From Acidimicrobiales bacterium (GTDB lineage: Bacteria; Actinomycetota; Acidimicrobiia; Acidimicrobiales; AC-9), in the NCBI GenBank assembly GCA_036270875.1, contig DATBBR010000051.1:8582-72581 (forward strand): a DNA stretch of 64,000 bases, in the 5' to 3' direction. Under the pieces are notes generated by a model. It searched no databases and had not been told where the DNA came from. It saw only the letters and a program-made list of their open reading frames with translations. A program made the translations under genes and the position numbers. Shown piece after piece: positions 51,835 through 60,976 of this stretch. Within the stretch, counting starts at the first letter, position 1; each line of letters begins with the position of its first letter.

Positions 51835-53205
51835 TCACACCTCGACCATCTCGACGGCGACGCCGGGATCCACGGCGGCCTTGTCGACCAACGCGGGCCA
51901 CAATCCCATCAGCTGGGACGATCCGCCTCCCATGCCCCGGCCGGTGCCGGCGAGACCCCAGGGGGGCGCCGACAGCGCCATGGGAGCCATCTCCCGGGCG
52001 ACCCGCGCCGCCGTCGCCTGGTCCCCACAGCGCCAGGCCAGGCGCACGATCACCTCAGGCGCCTCGTCCGCCCCGTCGAGCGGGACGGTCGGGCCATGCA
52101 GCGCGTTGACGCCCCAGTACTCCTCGAGCCAGTCGTCGACGACGTGACCCGCCAGCTCCACCCGCCGGCGGAAGATCGCCGCCGCCGCCCGAGCCTTGGC
52201 ATAGGCGTCGGGCCACGAGAAGGCCACTCGGCTCTCCCCGCTCCATCCGTAGGGATAGGTGAACAGCACCTTGTAGGTGGGAGTCGCGGCCGAGCCCCGG
52301 ACGCCGGACAGACGGACGCGGTCGCGTCCCAGGTCGTCGACCGTCACCGAGGTGAAGTCGGCGACGACGTCGGGCGTCAGGTAGGCGGCCGGGTCGTGCA
52401 CTTCGTACAGCAGCTGATGGCGCACCGTGTCGAAGTCGACGCGCCCACCCGTGCCGTTCGCTTTGGTCAGCACCGCGGTCCCGTCGGCTTCGCACTCGGC
52501 GATCGGGTAGGCGAAATTCCAGGGCTCCGGTACCGTCCACCACTCCCCGGAGAGATTGCCGCCCGTCGACTGCCCGGAGCACTCGCACAGGTGGCCGACG
52601 ACGATGCCGGCAGCCAACCGGTCCCAGTCGTCGTCGGCCCAGCCGTGCTCGTACACGAGGGGAGCCAGGAACAGCGACGGATCCGCGCTGCGGCCGGTGA
52701 TGACCACGTCGGCACCCTGCTCCAGGGCCGACACGATGGGCCCCGCACCGAGGTAGGCGCTGGCGAACAGCAGGTCGCCCGGAAAGGCCGACCACGGCTC
52801 GCCCGTCTCGGCGTTGGCCAGCGAGGTGCCCGACCCAAGGAGATCCTTGACCCGGCCCGTGAGGTCGTCCCCGACCACGGTGGCGATGCGGATGCCGCTG
52901 ATCCCGAGACGCTTGGCGGTCTCGACCGCAGCCCGACCGGCACCGACGGGGTTGATGCCGCCGGCGTTGGTGATGACCTTGGTCCGCCGGTCGGCGACGT
53001 AAGGGAGCGCGATGGACAGGTAGGCCGGGAGGTCCCGCGTGTAGCCGAGGGCCTCGTCGCGCTGGCGGTCCTTCTGGAGGATGGCCATGGTGAGCTCGGC
53101 CAGCGCTTCGAGGCAGAGGTAGTCGACGCCAGCCTCGAGCAGCGTGCGGGTGGACCCGACGTGGTCGCCGTAGAAACCCTGTCCGCCCGCGACGGTGACG
53201 GTCAC
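51835..53205 (-). CDS. Acyclic terpene utilisation AtuA-like (DUF1446) protein
   Basis: GGQGFYGD, DYLCLEALAELT, TNAGG.NP, AYLGA, VITGR.AD, GHLCECSGQ and YEVHDP.AYLTPDV; GTG 53205 overlaps the peptidase stop. Confidence 0.88.
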   Translation of the reverse strand: MTVTVAGGQGFYGDHVGSTRTLLEAGVDYLCLEALAELTMAILQKDRQRDEALGYTRDLPAYLSIALPYVADRRTKVITNAGGINPVGAGRAAVETAKRLGISGIRIATVVGDDLTGRVKDLLGSGTSLANAETGEPWSAFPGDLLFASAYLGAGPIVSALEQGADVVITGRSADPSLFLAPLVYEHGWADDDWDRLAAGIVVGHLCECSGQSTGGNLSGEWWTVPEPWNFAYPIAECEADGTAVLTKANGTGGRVDFDTVRHQLLYEVHDPAAYLTPDVVADFTSVTVDDLGRDRVRLSGVRGSAATPTYKVLFTYPYGWSGESRVAFSWPDAYAKARAAAAIFRRRVELAGHVVDDWLEEYWGVNALHGPTVPLDGADEAPEVIVRLAWRCGDQATAARVAREMAPMALSAPPWGLAGTGRGMGGGSSQLMGLWPALVDKAAVDPGVAVEMVEV

Positions 53206-55808
53206 GTCGCCGGCCCTGCCTGGCGGGCGAGATCGAGGAGGCCGCCGAGACCAGGCGCCTCCCGGGCCGCGAACGCCTGGTTGACGTCGAGCCGTTCGAG
53301 CGTCTGCTGGAGGGTCCGCTGCCCGCTCCGCAACGGGTGGGCGGCGAAGAAGGCATGCACGTCGGCGGCCAGCTCCGGCGGCCGCCAGAGGGCGCTGACT
53401 CCTTCCACCATGCGCGGGATCGTGTTGTCCGGAAGGCGCGCCAGCAGCTCCTCCCACCGCTCCTTCACGAAGGCCCACGCCTGCGGGCCGCCCGTCCGGT
53501 TCCCCAGCAGGATCTGGATGAGGAACGGGGCGTTCTGGGTACGCACCTCGGACCGTGAGAGCTCGAGGGTCCGAGCCACCAGGTCGGCTTCCTCGAACCG
53601 GGCCAGGGCGTACATGTACCGCAGCTCTTCCTGGGGCGTGCGGGGATGGCGAAAGCGATCCAGGAAGGCGTCGTACTCGGCCGCGCCACCAGTGGACGCC
53701 ACCACGGACACGATCGCTCCCGCCAGCTCGGGGTCGAGGGGAGCCTTGTCGGCCAGGAAGTCTGCGTGCAGCCGTGCCGACCGCTCGCGCACCTCGAAGT
53801 CCCCGCCGATCGTCCCGAGGGCCTCCAGCAGGGTGGACCTGAGAGTGCCGGTGCGCTCGCCCTCGCCCGGCTTTCGCTCCCAACCGACCGACCTGAACGC
53901 GGGCGTCAGCAGGAAGCGCACGAAGGCCTCCGATTTCGCCCGCTCCTCGTCGGTCACCACCCGATCGAGGAAGCCGAGAGCCGCCACGACCACAGCCCAT
54001 ACGTCAGGGTCGCGCTCGGACCGCAACCCGCCCGCCAGGTCGACGAAGTCCGCCACCTCGGTGAGCCCCGCCAACGAGGAGGCCCAGGCGTCGCTGACGA
54101 GGTTGAAGCGCTCGAGGGCGTCGAGGCGGCCGAGATCGGCGGTGAGCCGGGCCTGCAGGTCGCTGCCGTAGCGCACCCGGTAGAACCCCCAGCCACCGGC
54201 GTTGGCCACGACCCACTCGACCGGTCCTGAGAACGACGCCGTGACGCCGCCCTCGTCGAGCAGGACGCGCTGGTGCTCGACCTCGCCGTTCACGCCCGCC
54301 CGGAGCAGGACCGGGACCCGCCAGCCCGAGCCGATGGCGTCGGTGCCCGCCCGGTCAGGGAGGTAGCGAAATGGGCGCTGGTCCAACACGAGGGCCTGGT
54401 CCCCGTCACTCGGGGTGACGGTCACCACGGGGTGGCCGCCCTGGAAGATCCAGGAGTCCATCGTCGTGCGCGCCGGCTCACCGCTGGCCGCCTCGATGGC
54501 GTCCCACAGGTCGGTCGTCTCGGCGTTGCCGTGGCTGTGGTCGGCCAGATAGCGACCGATGCCCGATCGGAAGGGCTCCGCGCCGAGGTAGCGCTCCAGC
54601 ATGCGCAGCACGCCGGCGCCCTTCTCGTAGGTGAGGATGTCGAACATGCCCTCGGCCTCTTCCGGGCGTGCGACCGGGAACTCGATCGGACGCGTCGAGG
54701 GAAGGCCGTCGGTGCGCATCGCTGCCGCTCTCGACAGCCCGAAGGTCACCCACCGGTGCCAATCGGGACGAAAATCGTCGACGCACAGCATCTCCATGAA
54801 CGTGGCGAAGGCCTCGTTGAGCCAGAGGCCGTTCCACCACCTCATGGTCACCAGGTCGCCGAACCACATGTGGGCGATCTCGTGGGAGATCACGTCCGCG
54901 ACCCGCTCCAGCTCGACCCGCGAGGCGGCAGACGGGTCGATCAGCAGGACCGACTCCCGGAACGTCACCGCCCCCAGGTTCTCCATGGCGCCGAAGGCGA
55001 AGTCGGGTAGGGCGATCAGGTCCAGCTTGTCGCTCGGGTACGGGATCCCGAACCATCCCGAGAAGAACCGCAGCGCGTGGGCGCCGACCTCGAGCGCGAA
55101 TCCCGTGAGGTGGTCCTTTCCCGGCACGTAGGCGATGCGGAGGGGGACGCCGTCGACGTCGACCGGGTCTGTCAGGTCGAGTGGGCCGACCACGAAGGCC
55201 ACCAGGTAGGTGGACATGGGCATGGTGTCGGCGAAGCGCACCCTGCGCCGCCCGTCGCCGAGGTCGGTCTCCTCGACCGGGGCCGTGTTGGAGATGGCGG
55301 TCAGACCGCCGTCGGCGTCGAGGCTGATCGAGAAGACGGCCTTGCGATCGGGCTCGTCCCAGCACGGAAAGGCGCGGCGAGCGTCGGTCGCCTCGAACTG
55401 TGTCGTGGCGATGACGCGCGATGTCCCGTCGAGCTCGAAGGTGCTGCGGTAGAAGCCCCGCAGCTTGTCGTTGATCGTCCCCGAGAACCTGGTCCGCAGC
55501 GTCCACGGGCCCGGCGTCGCCTCGGCCGACAGAGCGATCGCGGCGCGCCCGGACTCCTCCTCCAGCTCGACACGCCCGGACAGCACCGATCCGGTATCGC
55601 TGACCAGATCGGCCGACTCGATGGCGAGCTCCAGGGCGTTGAGAATGATCTGCGAGGTGGCCTCGTGGACGACCACCTGCACCTGTTCCTCGCCTCTGAA
55701 CGTGGCGCGGTCGAGGTCGGGGGAGATGACGAGCTCGTAGCGACGGGGCTCGACGTTGCGGGGGAGGCGGTGGGACGTCTCCCGCTCTTCCGAGGTCTGC
55801 TGGGTCAC
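53202..55808 (-). CDS. pepN: M1 family aminopeptidase with ERAP1-like C-terminal domain
   Basis: TQFEATDARRAFPCWDEP, GAMEN, HEIAHMWFG, WLNEAF and YEKG; GTG 6 nt after TAGCCT. Confidence 0.93.
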   Translation of the reverse strand: MTQQTSEERETSHRLPRNVEPRRYELVISPDLDRATFRGEEQVQVVVHEATSQIILNALELAIESADLVSDTGSVLSGRVELEEESGRAAIALSAEATPGPWTLRTRFSGTINDKLRGFYRSTFELDGTSRVIATTQFEATDARRAFPCWDEPDRKAVFSISLDADGGLTAISNTAPVEETDLGDGRRRVRFADTMPMSTYLVAFVVGPLDLTDPVDVDGVPLRIAYVPGKDHLTGFALEVGAHALRFFSGWFGIPYPSDKLDLIALPDFAFGAMENLGAVTFRESVLLIDPSAASRVELERVADVISHEIAHMWFGDLVTMRWWNGLWLNEAFATFMEMLCVDDFRPDWHRWVTFGLSRAAAMRTDGLPSTRPIEFPVARPEEAEGMFDILTYEKGAGVLRMLERYLGAEPFRSGIGRYLADHSHGNAETTDLWDAIEAASGEPARTTMDSWIFQGGHPVVTVTPSDGDQALVLDQRPFRYLPDRAGTDAIGSGWRVPVLLRAGVNGEVEHQRVLLDEGGVTASFSGPVEWVVANAGGWGFYRVRYGSDLQARLTADLGRLDALERFNLVSDAWASSLAGLTEVADFVDLAGGLRSERDPDVWAVVVAALGFLDRVVTDEERAKSEAFVRFLLTPAFRSVGWERKPGEGERTGTLRSTLLEALGTIGGDFEVRERSARLHADFLADKAPLDPELAGAIVSVVASTGGAAEYDAFLDRFRHPRTPQEELRYMYALARFEEADLVARTLELSRSEVRTQNAPFLIQILLGNRTGGPQAWAFVKERWEELLARLPDNTIPRMVEGVSALWRPPELAADVHAFFAAHPLRSGQRTLQQTLERLDVNQAFAAREAPGLGGLLDLARQAGPAT

Positions 55809-55886
55809 AGCGGGAGGCTAGTGGCAGCCGGCCGGATCGGCGGCCGAGCAGTCCGGGGCCCGAGCCGCTCAGGCTAGGGTCGCCGG

Positions 55887-56903
55887 GTGCCCGCCCGCCC
55901 CGACTCCACTGGAAGCGCCTTCGACATCGCGACCATAGGCAACGCCCTCGTCGACGTGCTGGCGCCTGTGGACGAGGACATGGTGACGGAGCTGGGACTC
56001 GTCAAAGGCACGACCGCACTGGTGGACCTGGCCGAGGCGGAGCGCCTTTACGCCGCCGCCCAGCCGATCGTCGAGGTGGCCGGCGGCTCCGCCGCCAACA
56101 CGGCCGTCGGCGCAGCCAGCCTCGGGAGCCGGACCGCCTTCGTCGGCAAGGTGGCCGACGACCGCCTGGGTCGGCTGTTCGAGGCCGACATCAAGGCGGC
56201 CGGTGTCGACTACGCCACTCCGGTGGCGGGCGACGGGGCCATGACGGGACGGTGCCTGTCGATCGTGACTCCGGACGCCGAGCGCACCATGTGCACCTAC
56301 CTGGGGGCGGCGGCCCAGCTGCGGACCGAGGACGTCGACACGGAGCAGCTGCGGCGAGCCCGAGTCACCTACCTCGAGGGCTATCTGTGGGACCTGCCCG
56401 ACGCCGAGGCGACGCTCGGCGAGGTCATGGCCCGGGTCCACCGGTCGGGAGGCCTGATCGCCCTCAGCCTGTCGGACCCGTTCTGCGTCGAGCGCCACGG
56501 CGAGGCGTTCCGCAAGCTCCTCGGAAACCAGGTCGACATGCTGTTCGCCAACGAGGCCGAGATCACTCTGCTGCTGGGCGTGGACGACATCGAGGGGGCA
56601 GCGGAGGCGATCCGTCCTCTCGGGATCCTCGCCGCCCTGACGAGGGGAGCGAACGGATCGACGGTCGTGAAGGACGACGAGCGCGCCGACGTCGAGGCCC
56701 GTCCTGTCGAGAAGGTGGTCGATGTCACGGGGGCCGGGGACCTGTACGCCGCCGGCTTCCTCCATGGCCTGACCCATGGCGTGGGCCTGGCGACGTGCGC
56801 CCGGCTAGGGAGCCTGGCGGCGAGCGAGATCATCAGCCATCTCGGCGCTCGTCCCGAGGTGCCGCTGCGTCCGCTGGCTCAGGAGGCCGGCCTGCTGCCC
56901 TGA
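55887..56903 (+). CDS. PfkB family kinase (adenosine kinase-like)
   Basis: GNALVD, AGGSAANT, ERTM.TYLGA, FANEAE and DVTGAGD.YAAGF. Confidence 0.9.
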   Translation: MPARPDSTGSAFDIATIGNALVDVLAPVDEDMVTELGLVKGTTALVDLAEAERLYAAAQPIVEVAGGSAANTAVGAASLGSRTAFVGKVADDRLGRLFEADIKAAGVDYATPVAGDGAMTGRCLSIVTPDAERTMCTYLGAAAQLRTEDVDTEQLRRARVTYLEGYLWDLPDAEATLGEVMARVHRSGGLIALSLSDPFCVERHGEAFRKLLGNQVDMLFANEAEITLLLGVDDIEGAAEAIRPLGILAALTRGANGSTVVKDDERADVEARPVEKVVDVTGAGDLYAAGFLHGLTHGVGLATCARLGSLAASEIISHLGARPEVPLRPLAQEAGLLP

Positions 56904-56905
56904 GG

Positions 56906-57520
56906 TCAGTGGTCGGCTTCGTCGCCGATCTGGCCGGGCGGCAGGAAGCTCAGCTCCAGGTCGCCCAGGCGGACCAGAGTCGAGGACACCCACCGGGCCA
57001 GGGCGCCCACGTGGGTGTCGAGGGACGACGGGTCCTCGAGCACGGTCTCGTCGAGGCGGTACGTCCCCTCGTAGGAGATCTCCACCGCGGCGCGGGGCTG
57101 GTCGTTGTTGCGGTCGAACGCCTGCTCGACCGTCAGGCCGCAGCGGTCCAGGACGTCGGTGCCCATGGCCGGGCCCTCGCGGGGCAGGGCGGCGACGACC
57201 GTCGCCGGCTCGGGCGCCGTGGCCAGGCGCTGGATGCGCAGCGCGATCTCCACCAGCATCTCGGGCTGGTCGTCCGGCGGCTCGCCGATCGACCAGGAGC
57301 GGTAGGCGCTCTGGCTCCACGTGGGCCAGTCCAGGCTGATGTCGGCCCTCACCCGCGGCAGGGTGCCCTCGCCCGGCAGGCTGTAGGACGTCTCCCACGA
57401 CAGGTCGCCGAGCAGCACGTCGACCTGGAACCGCTCTTCGACGGCCTGCCGCTCCAGCAGCGCCTCGGAGAAGCTCGTGCGCATGGCCGCGATGACATCG
57501 AGAAATACGTGATCCAGCAT
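56906..57520 (-). CDS. Hypothetical protein (204 aa)
   Basis: Coding-like composition and GC3 bias (MLDHVFLD...DVLLGDLSWETSYSLPGEG..PRVRAD.SLDWPTWSQ); no family recognised. Confidence 0.7.
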   Translation of the reverse strand: MLDHVFLDVIAAMRTSFSEALLERQAVEERFQVDVLLGDLSWETSYSLPGEGTLPRVRADISLDWPTWSQSAYRSWSIGEPPDDQPEMLVEIALRIQRLATAPEPATVVAALPREGPAMGTDVLDRCGLTVEQAFDRNNDQPRAAVEISYEGTYRLDETVLEDPSSLDTHVGALARWVSSTLVRLGDLELSFLPPGQIGDEADH

Positions 57521-57588
57521 GCCGAGGACGAGGCTATCGGGCCGGACAGCCGGGGAGCAGGCGAGCAGGGGTGGGGTACGGTCGGAGC

Positions 57589-58440
57589 GTGGGCAACCCG
57601 TGGCTGGAACGGCGAGTGCTCGCCTACGCCCACCGGGGCGGGGCCCGCGAGTGGCCCTCCAACACCATCCTGGCCATGCGCCGGGCGCTCGCAGCCGGTG
57701 CCACGGCGCTCGAGATGGACGTGCACCCGACGGCCGATGGCCACCTGGTCGTCTCACACGACCCGACCGTGGACCGCACCACGAACGGGTCGGGCGCCAT
57801 CAGCTCAATGACGCTGGCCGAGGTCCAGGCGCTCGACGCCGCCCATTGGTTCGTGCCCGGCCACGAGGTGGCGCCGGGTCGACCGCCCGACGACTACCCC
57901 CTCCGTGGTCGCGCCCCCGACGACGTCGAGCTGCGGATCCCCACCCTGAGGGAGGTGCTGGAGGCGTTCCCGGGGGTGCTGCTCAACATCGACATCAAGC
58001 AGACGGCACCGAGCGTGGAGCCCTACGAGGACGCCCTGGCTCGCATGCTCATGGACCACGACCGCTCCGACGACGTCATCGTCACATCGTTCCATGACGC
58101 GGCCTTGGTGGCGTTCTCGGCGGCGGCTCCCCAGATCGCGACCGCAGCCGGGCTCCTCGCCGTGGCGGGGTTCTGGCGAGCGGTGCAGGACGGCGTCGCC
58201 TCGCCACCGATCGCGCACGCCGCCATCCAGGTGCCGGCCGAGTTCGAAGGCGCGACCGTCGTCGACGAGCCGTTCGTCCGGTCAGCCCATGCCGCCGGCG
58301 CCGCCGTTCACGTGTGGACGATCGATGACCCGTCCGAGATGGTGCGGCTGGCCGCCCTCGGGATCGACGGCATCATGTCGGACCTGCCCTCGGTGCTGGC
58401 GTCCACTCTCGCCGAGCTCGGCGTGGCCTGGGCGCCCTAG
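57589..58440 (+). CDS. Glycerophosphodiester phosphodiesterase
   Basis: AHRGGA...PSNT, EMDVH.T.DG.LVVSHD..VDRTT, NIDIK, VHVWTID and GIMSD.P; GTG 6 nt after TACGGT. Confidence 0.92.
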   Translation: MGNPWLERRVLAYAHRGGAREWPSNTILAMRRALAAGATALEMDVHPTADGHLVVSHDPTVDRTTNGSGAISSMTLAEVQALDAAHWFVPGHEVAPGRPPDDYPLRGRAPDDVELRIPTLREVLEAFPGVLLNIDIKQTAPSVEPYEDALARMLMDHDRSDDVIVTSFHDAALVAFSAAAPQIATAAGLLAVAGFWRAVQDGVASPPIAHAAIQVPAEFEGATVVDEPFVRSAHAAGAAVHVWTIDDPSEMVRLAALGIDGIMSDLPSVLASTLAELGVAWAP

Positions 58441-58467
58441 CGAACCGCGCCCAGCCCGCGGGGCGTC

Positions 58468-58551
58468 TCAGCCCCGTCCGGCGTTGGGCCGCTTGCCGTG
58501 GTTGGCCTTCTTCTTGCGCGTCGTCCGGCGCTTGACAGTCTTCTTGGACAC
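58468..58551 (-). CDS. 50S ribosomal protein bL37-like peptide (27 aa)
   Basis: MSKKTVKRRTTRKKKANHGKRPNAGRG; the KANHGKRPNA stretch matches mycobacterial bL37 as recalled. Confidence 0.85.
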   Translation of the reverse strand: MSKKTVKRRTTRKKKANHGKRPNAGRG

Positions 58552-58591
58552 GACCCCGGCAACACTAGTCGAGCGGAGTAGCCTCGGCGCG

Positions 58592-59719
58592 GTGGAGCGC
58601 CTCGGTCTGGTCGGTCTACCCAACTCCGGCAAATCGGCGCTGTTCAACGCGCTGACCGGGGGAAGCGCCGCCGTGGCGCCCCATCCGTTCTCCACGACCC
58701 AGACCACGGTCGGCGTGGCCCAGGTGCCCGATTCGCGCGTGGAGGAGCTGGCCAGGATCAGCAAGAGCCGCAAGATCGTCCACACCACGGTCGAGGTCGT
58801 CGACATCGCCGGCCTGGTTGCGGGGGCGGCGACCGGCGAGGGTTTGGGCAACCGCTTCCTCGCCGGCATCCGCGAGGTCGACGCCCTGTGCCTCGTGCTG
58901 CGGGCGTTCGAGGACCCGGGGGTGGTGGGCGACTCCGACCCGGTCGGCGCCCTGGGCGTGCTGGAGCTGGAGCTCGTGCTGGCCGACCTGGCCACGGTGG
59001 AGGGCCAGATCGACAAGCGCCGCAAGGTCGCCCGCACCGATCCCTCGACGGCCGGCGAGCTCGCCGCCCTGGAGGCCGCCCTCGAGTCCCTCCAGGCGGG
59101 CGTGCCCGTCTACCGCTCCGCGCTCGACGCCGAGCAGCGGGCGGCCCTGGGTCCGGCGTTCCTGCTGACCAACAAGCCGGTGCTGGCCGTCGTGAACCTG
59201 GGCGAGGACCAGGTGGGTGACTCCGACGAGCTGGTGAAGCGGGTCGCCACCGAGATGGCCGCGGGGGCGGAGGCCAGCCCGGGGGGCTGGTCGGGGAACC
59301 GACCGCCGGCGCGTAGCGGCGAGGTGCTGGGTGTGAGCGTGCAGCTCGAGGCCGAGGCGGCCCGCCTGGATCCGGCCGAGCGCACCGAGCTGCTCGAGGG
59401 CCTGGGTCTCGGTGAGGGCGCCCTTCCCCGGGTGGCCCGAGCCGCCCACCACCTGCTCGGGCGGCGAACGTTCCTGACCACGGGCGACGACGAGTCTCGT
59501 GCGTGGACGTTCCGAGCCGGTGCCCGAGCGCCCGAGTGCGCCGGGGTGATCCATTCCGACCTTCAGCGGGGCTTCATCCGCGCCGAGGTGATCCGTTGGG
59601 ACGAGCTGGTCGAGCTGGGTTCGTGGAACGCGGCCAAGAGCGCCGGTCGTCTCCGGGTCGAAGGAAAGGACTACGAGGTGGCCGACGGGGACGTGCTCGA
59701 GATCCGGTTCAACGTGTGA
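58592..59719 (+). CDS. ychF: Redox-regulated ribosome-binding ATPase YchF
   Basis: GLVGLPNSGKS.LFNALT, VDIAGLV.GA..GEGLGNRFL, LTNKP, RAWT, IHSD.QRGFIRAEV and EGKDY.V.DGD. Confidence 0.95.
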   Translation: MERLGLVGLPNSGKSALFNALTGGSAAVAPHPFSTTQTTVGVAQVPDSRVEELARISKSRKIVHTTVEVVDIAGLVAGAATGEGLGNRFLAGIREVDALCLVLRAFEDPGVVGDSDPVGALGVLELELVLADLATVEGQIDKRRKVARTDPSTAGELAALEAALESLQAGVPVYRSALDAEQRAALGPAFLLTNKPVLAVVNLGEDQVGDSDELVKRVATEMAAGAEASPGGWSGNRPPARSGEVLGVSVQLEAEAARLDPAERTELLEGLGLGEGALPRVARAAHHLLGRRTFLTTGDDESRAWTFRAGARAPECAGVIHSDLQRGFIRAEVIRWDELVELGSWNAAKSAGRLRVEGKDYEVADGDVLEIRFNV

Positions 59720-59734
59720 GGAGGAGCGCATCGG

Positions 59735-60064
59735 GTGCCATGGCTCCTGCGTGAGGGCGAGGTCCTGGCCACGCTCGAGGTGGCCGACTCCTTCGCCGAC
59801 CGCGTCCGGGGCCTGCTCGGCCGAGACGGCATCGACGGGGCGCTGCTGCTGCGCCCGGCCCACTCGGTCCACACCATCGGGATGCGCTTTCCGATCGACG
59901 CGGCGTTCTGCGACGCCCATCTCGTGGTGATCACCACGAGGTGCCTGGAGCGCAATCGGGTCTGTCTTCCCCGGGTCCGGGCCCGGTCGGTCCTCGAGGC
60001 CGAGGCGGGGGCGTTCGACCGCTGGAACCTGCGCATCGGGGACGAGCTGGAGATCAAGGGTTGA
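59735..60064 (+). CDS. DUF192 family protein
   Basis: LEVADSFADR.RGLLGR, VHTIGMRFPID.AF and VLEAEAG. Confidence 0.85.
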   Translation: MPWLLREGEVLATLEVADSFADRVRGLLGRDGIDGALLLRPAHSVHTIGMRFPIDAAFCDAHLVVITTRCLERNRVCLPRVRARSVLEAEAGAFDRWNLRIGDELEIKG

Positions 60065-60927
60065 CCCTCGCCGGCGCCACCCGCGACGGGTCCGGCGCCG
60101 GGGGCGCCCTGGTCCTCGTCGCCACCCCGATCGGCAACCTCGGCGACCTGTCGCCCCGGGCCGTGGATGCGCTCCGGAACGCGGACGTGATCGCCTGCGA
60201 GGACACTCGCAAGACGGGGCGCCTCCTGGCGCATGCCGGCATCACCGACAAGCGCCTGCTCGCCGTGCACGACCACAACGAGGCGTCGCAGACCCGCTCC
60301 ATCCTGACGCTGCTCGATCGGGGGCGAAATGTCGCCGTCGTCACCGACGCCGGGACGCCCGGGATCTCGGATCCGGGCGGGCGCCTGGCGGCTGCGGTGG
60401 CCGCCGCGGGCGGCGAGGTGACGGTCGTGCCGGGTCCTTCTGCGCTCGTGGCCGCGTTGGTGGTCAGCGGGCTGTCGACCGCGAGGTTCGTCTTCGAAGG
60501 ATTCCTACCCCGCAAAGGCGGCGATCGGTCCGAGCGGCTGGCTGGTCTGGCGGGAGAGCAACGCACGGTGATCCTCTACGAGGCTCCCCACCGGCTGGCC
60601 ACCACCCTGGAGGACCTCGTCGACCGCTGCGGCCCGCTGCGCCAGGTCGCCGTGATCCGGGAGCTGACCAAGCTCCACGAGGAGGTGTGGCGGGGGACCC
60701 TGGCCGGCGCCGTTGACCGGGCCCGGGCCGCCCCGCCCCGCGGTGAGCACGTGCTGGTGATGGCCGGAGCGCCGGTGTGCGTGCCAGGCGAGGCCGAGGT
60801 CGAGGCCGCCCTCCAAGCTCGGCTCAGCTCCGGGCAGACCGCCAAGGAGGCGGTCGCCGAGGTGGCGGGGGAGCTCAAGGTCCCCAAGCGGCGCGTGTAC
60901 GACGCCGCCCTGCGCCTACGTTCCTGA
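60061..60927 (+). CDS. rsmI: 16S rRNA (cytidine-1402-2'-O)-methyltransferase
   Basis: LVATPIGNLGDLSPRA, ACEDTR.T, TDAGTPGISDPG, FEGFLP, YEAPHR and RELTK.HEE; TTG overlaps the DUF192 stop. Confidence 0.95.
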   Translation: MTLAGATRDGSGAGGALVLVATPIGNLGDLSPRAVDALRNADVIACEDTRKTGRLLAHAGITDKRLLAVHDHNEASQTRSILTLLDRGRNVAVVTDAGTPGISDPGGRLAAAVAAAGGEVTVVPGPSALVAALVVSGLSTARFVFEGFLPRKGGDRSERLAGLAGEQRTVILYEAPHRLATTLEDLVDRCGPLRQVAVIRELTKLHEEVWRGTLAGAVDRARAAPPRGEHVLVMAGAPVCVPGEAEVEAALQARLSSGQTAKEAVAEVAGELKVPKRRVYDAALRLRS

Positions 60928-60976
60928 CCAAATCCGCGCCGGCCCTTCGGGAGGTCGTCGGTACTGTGAGTGGGCA

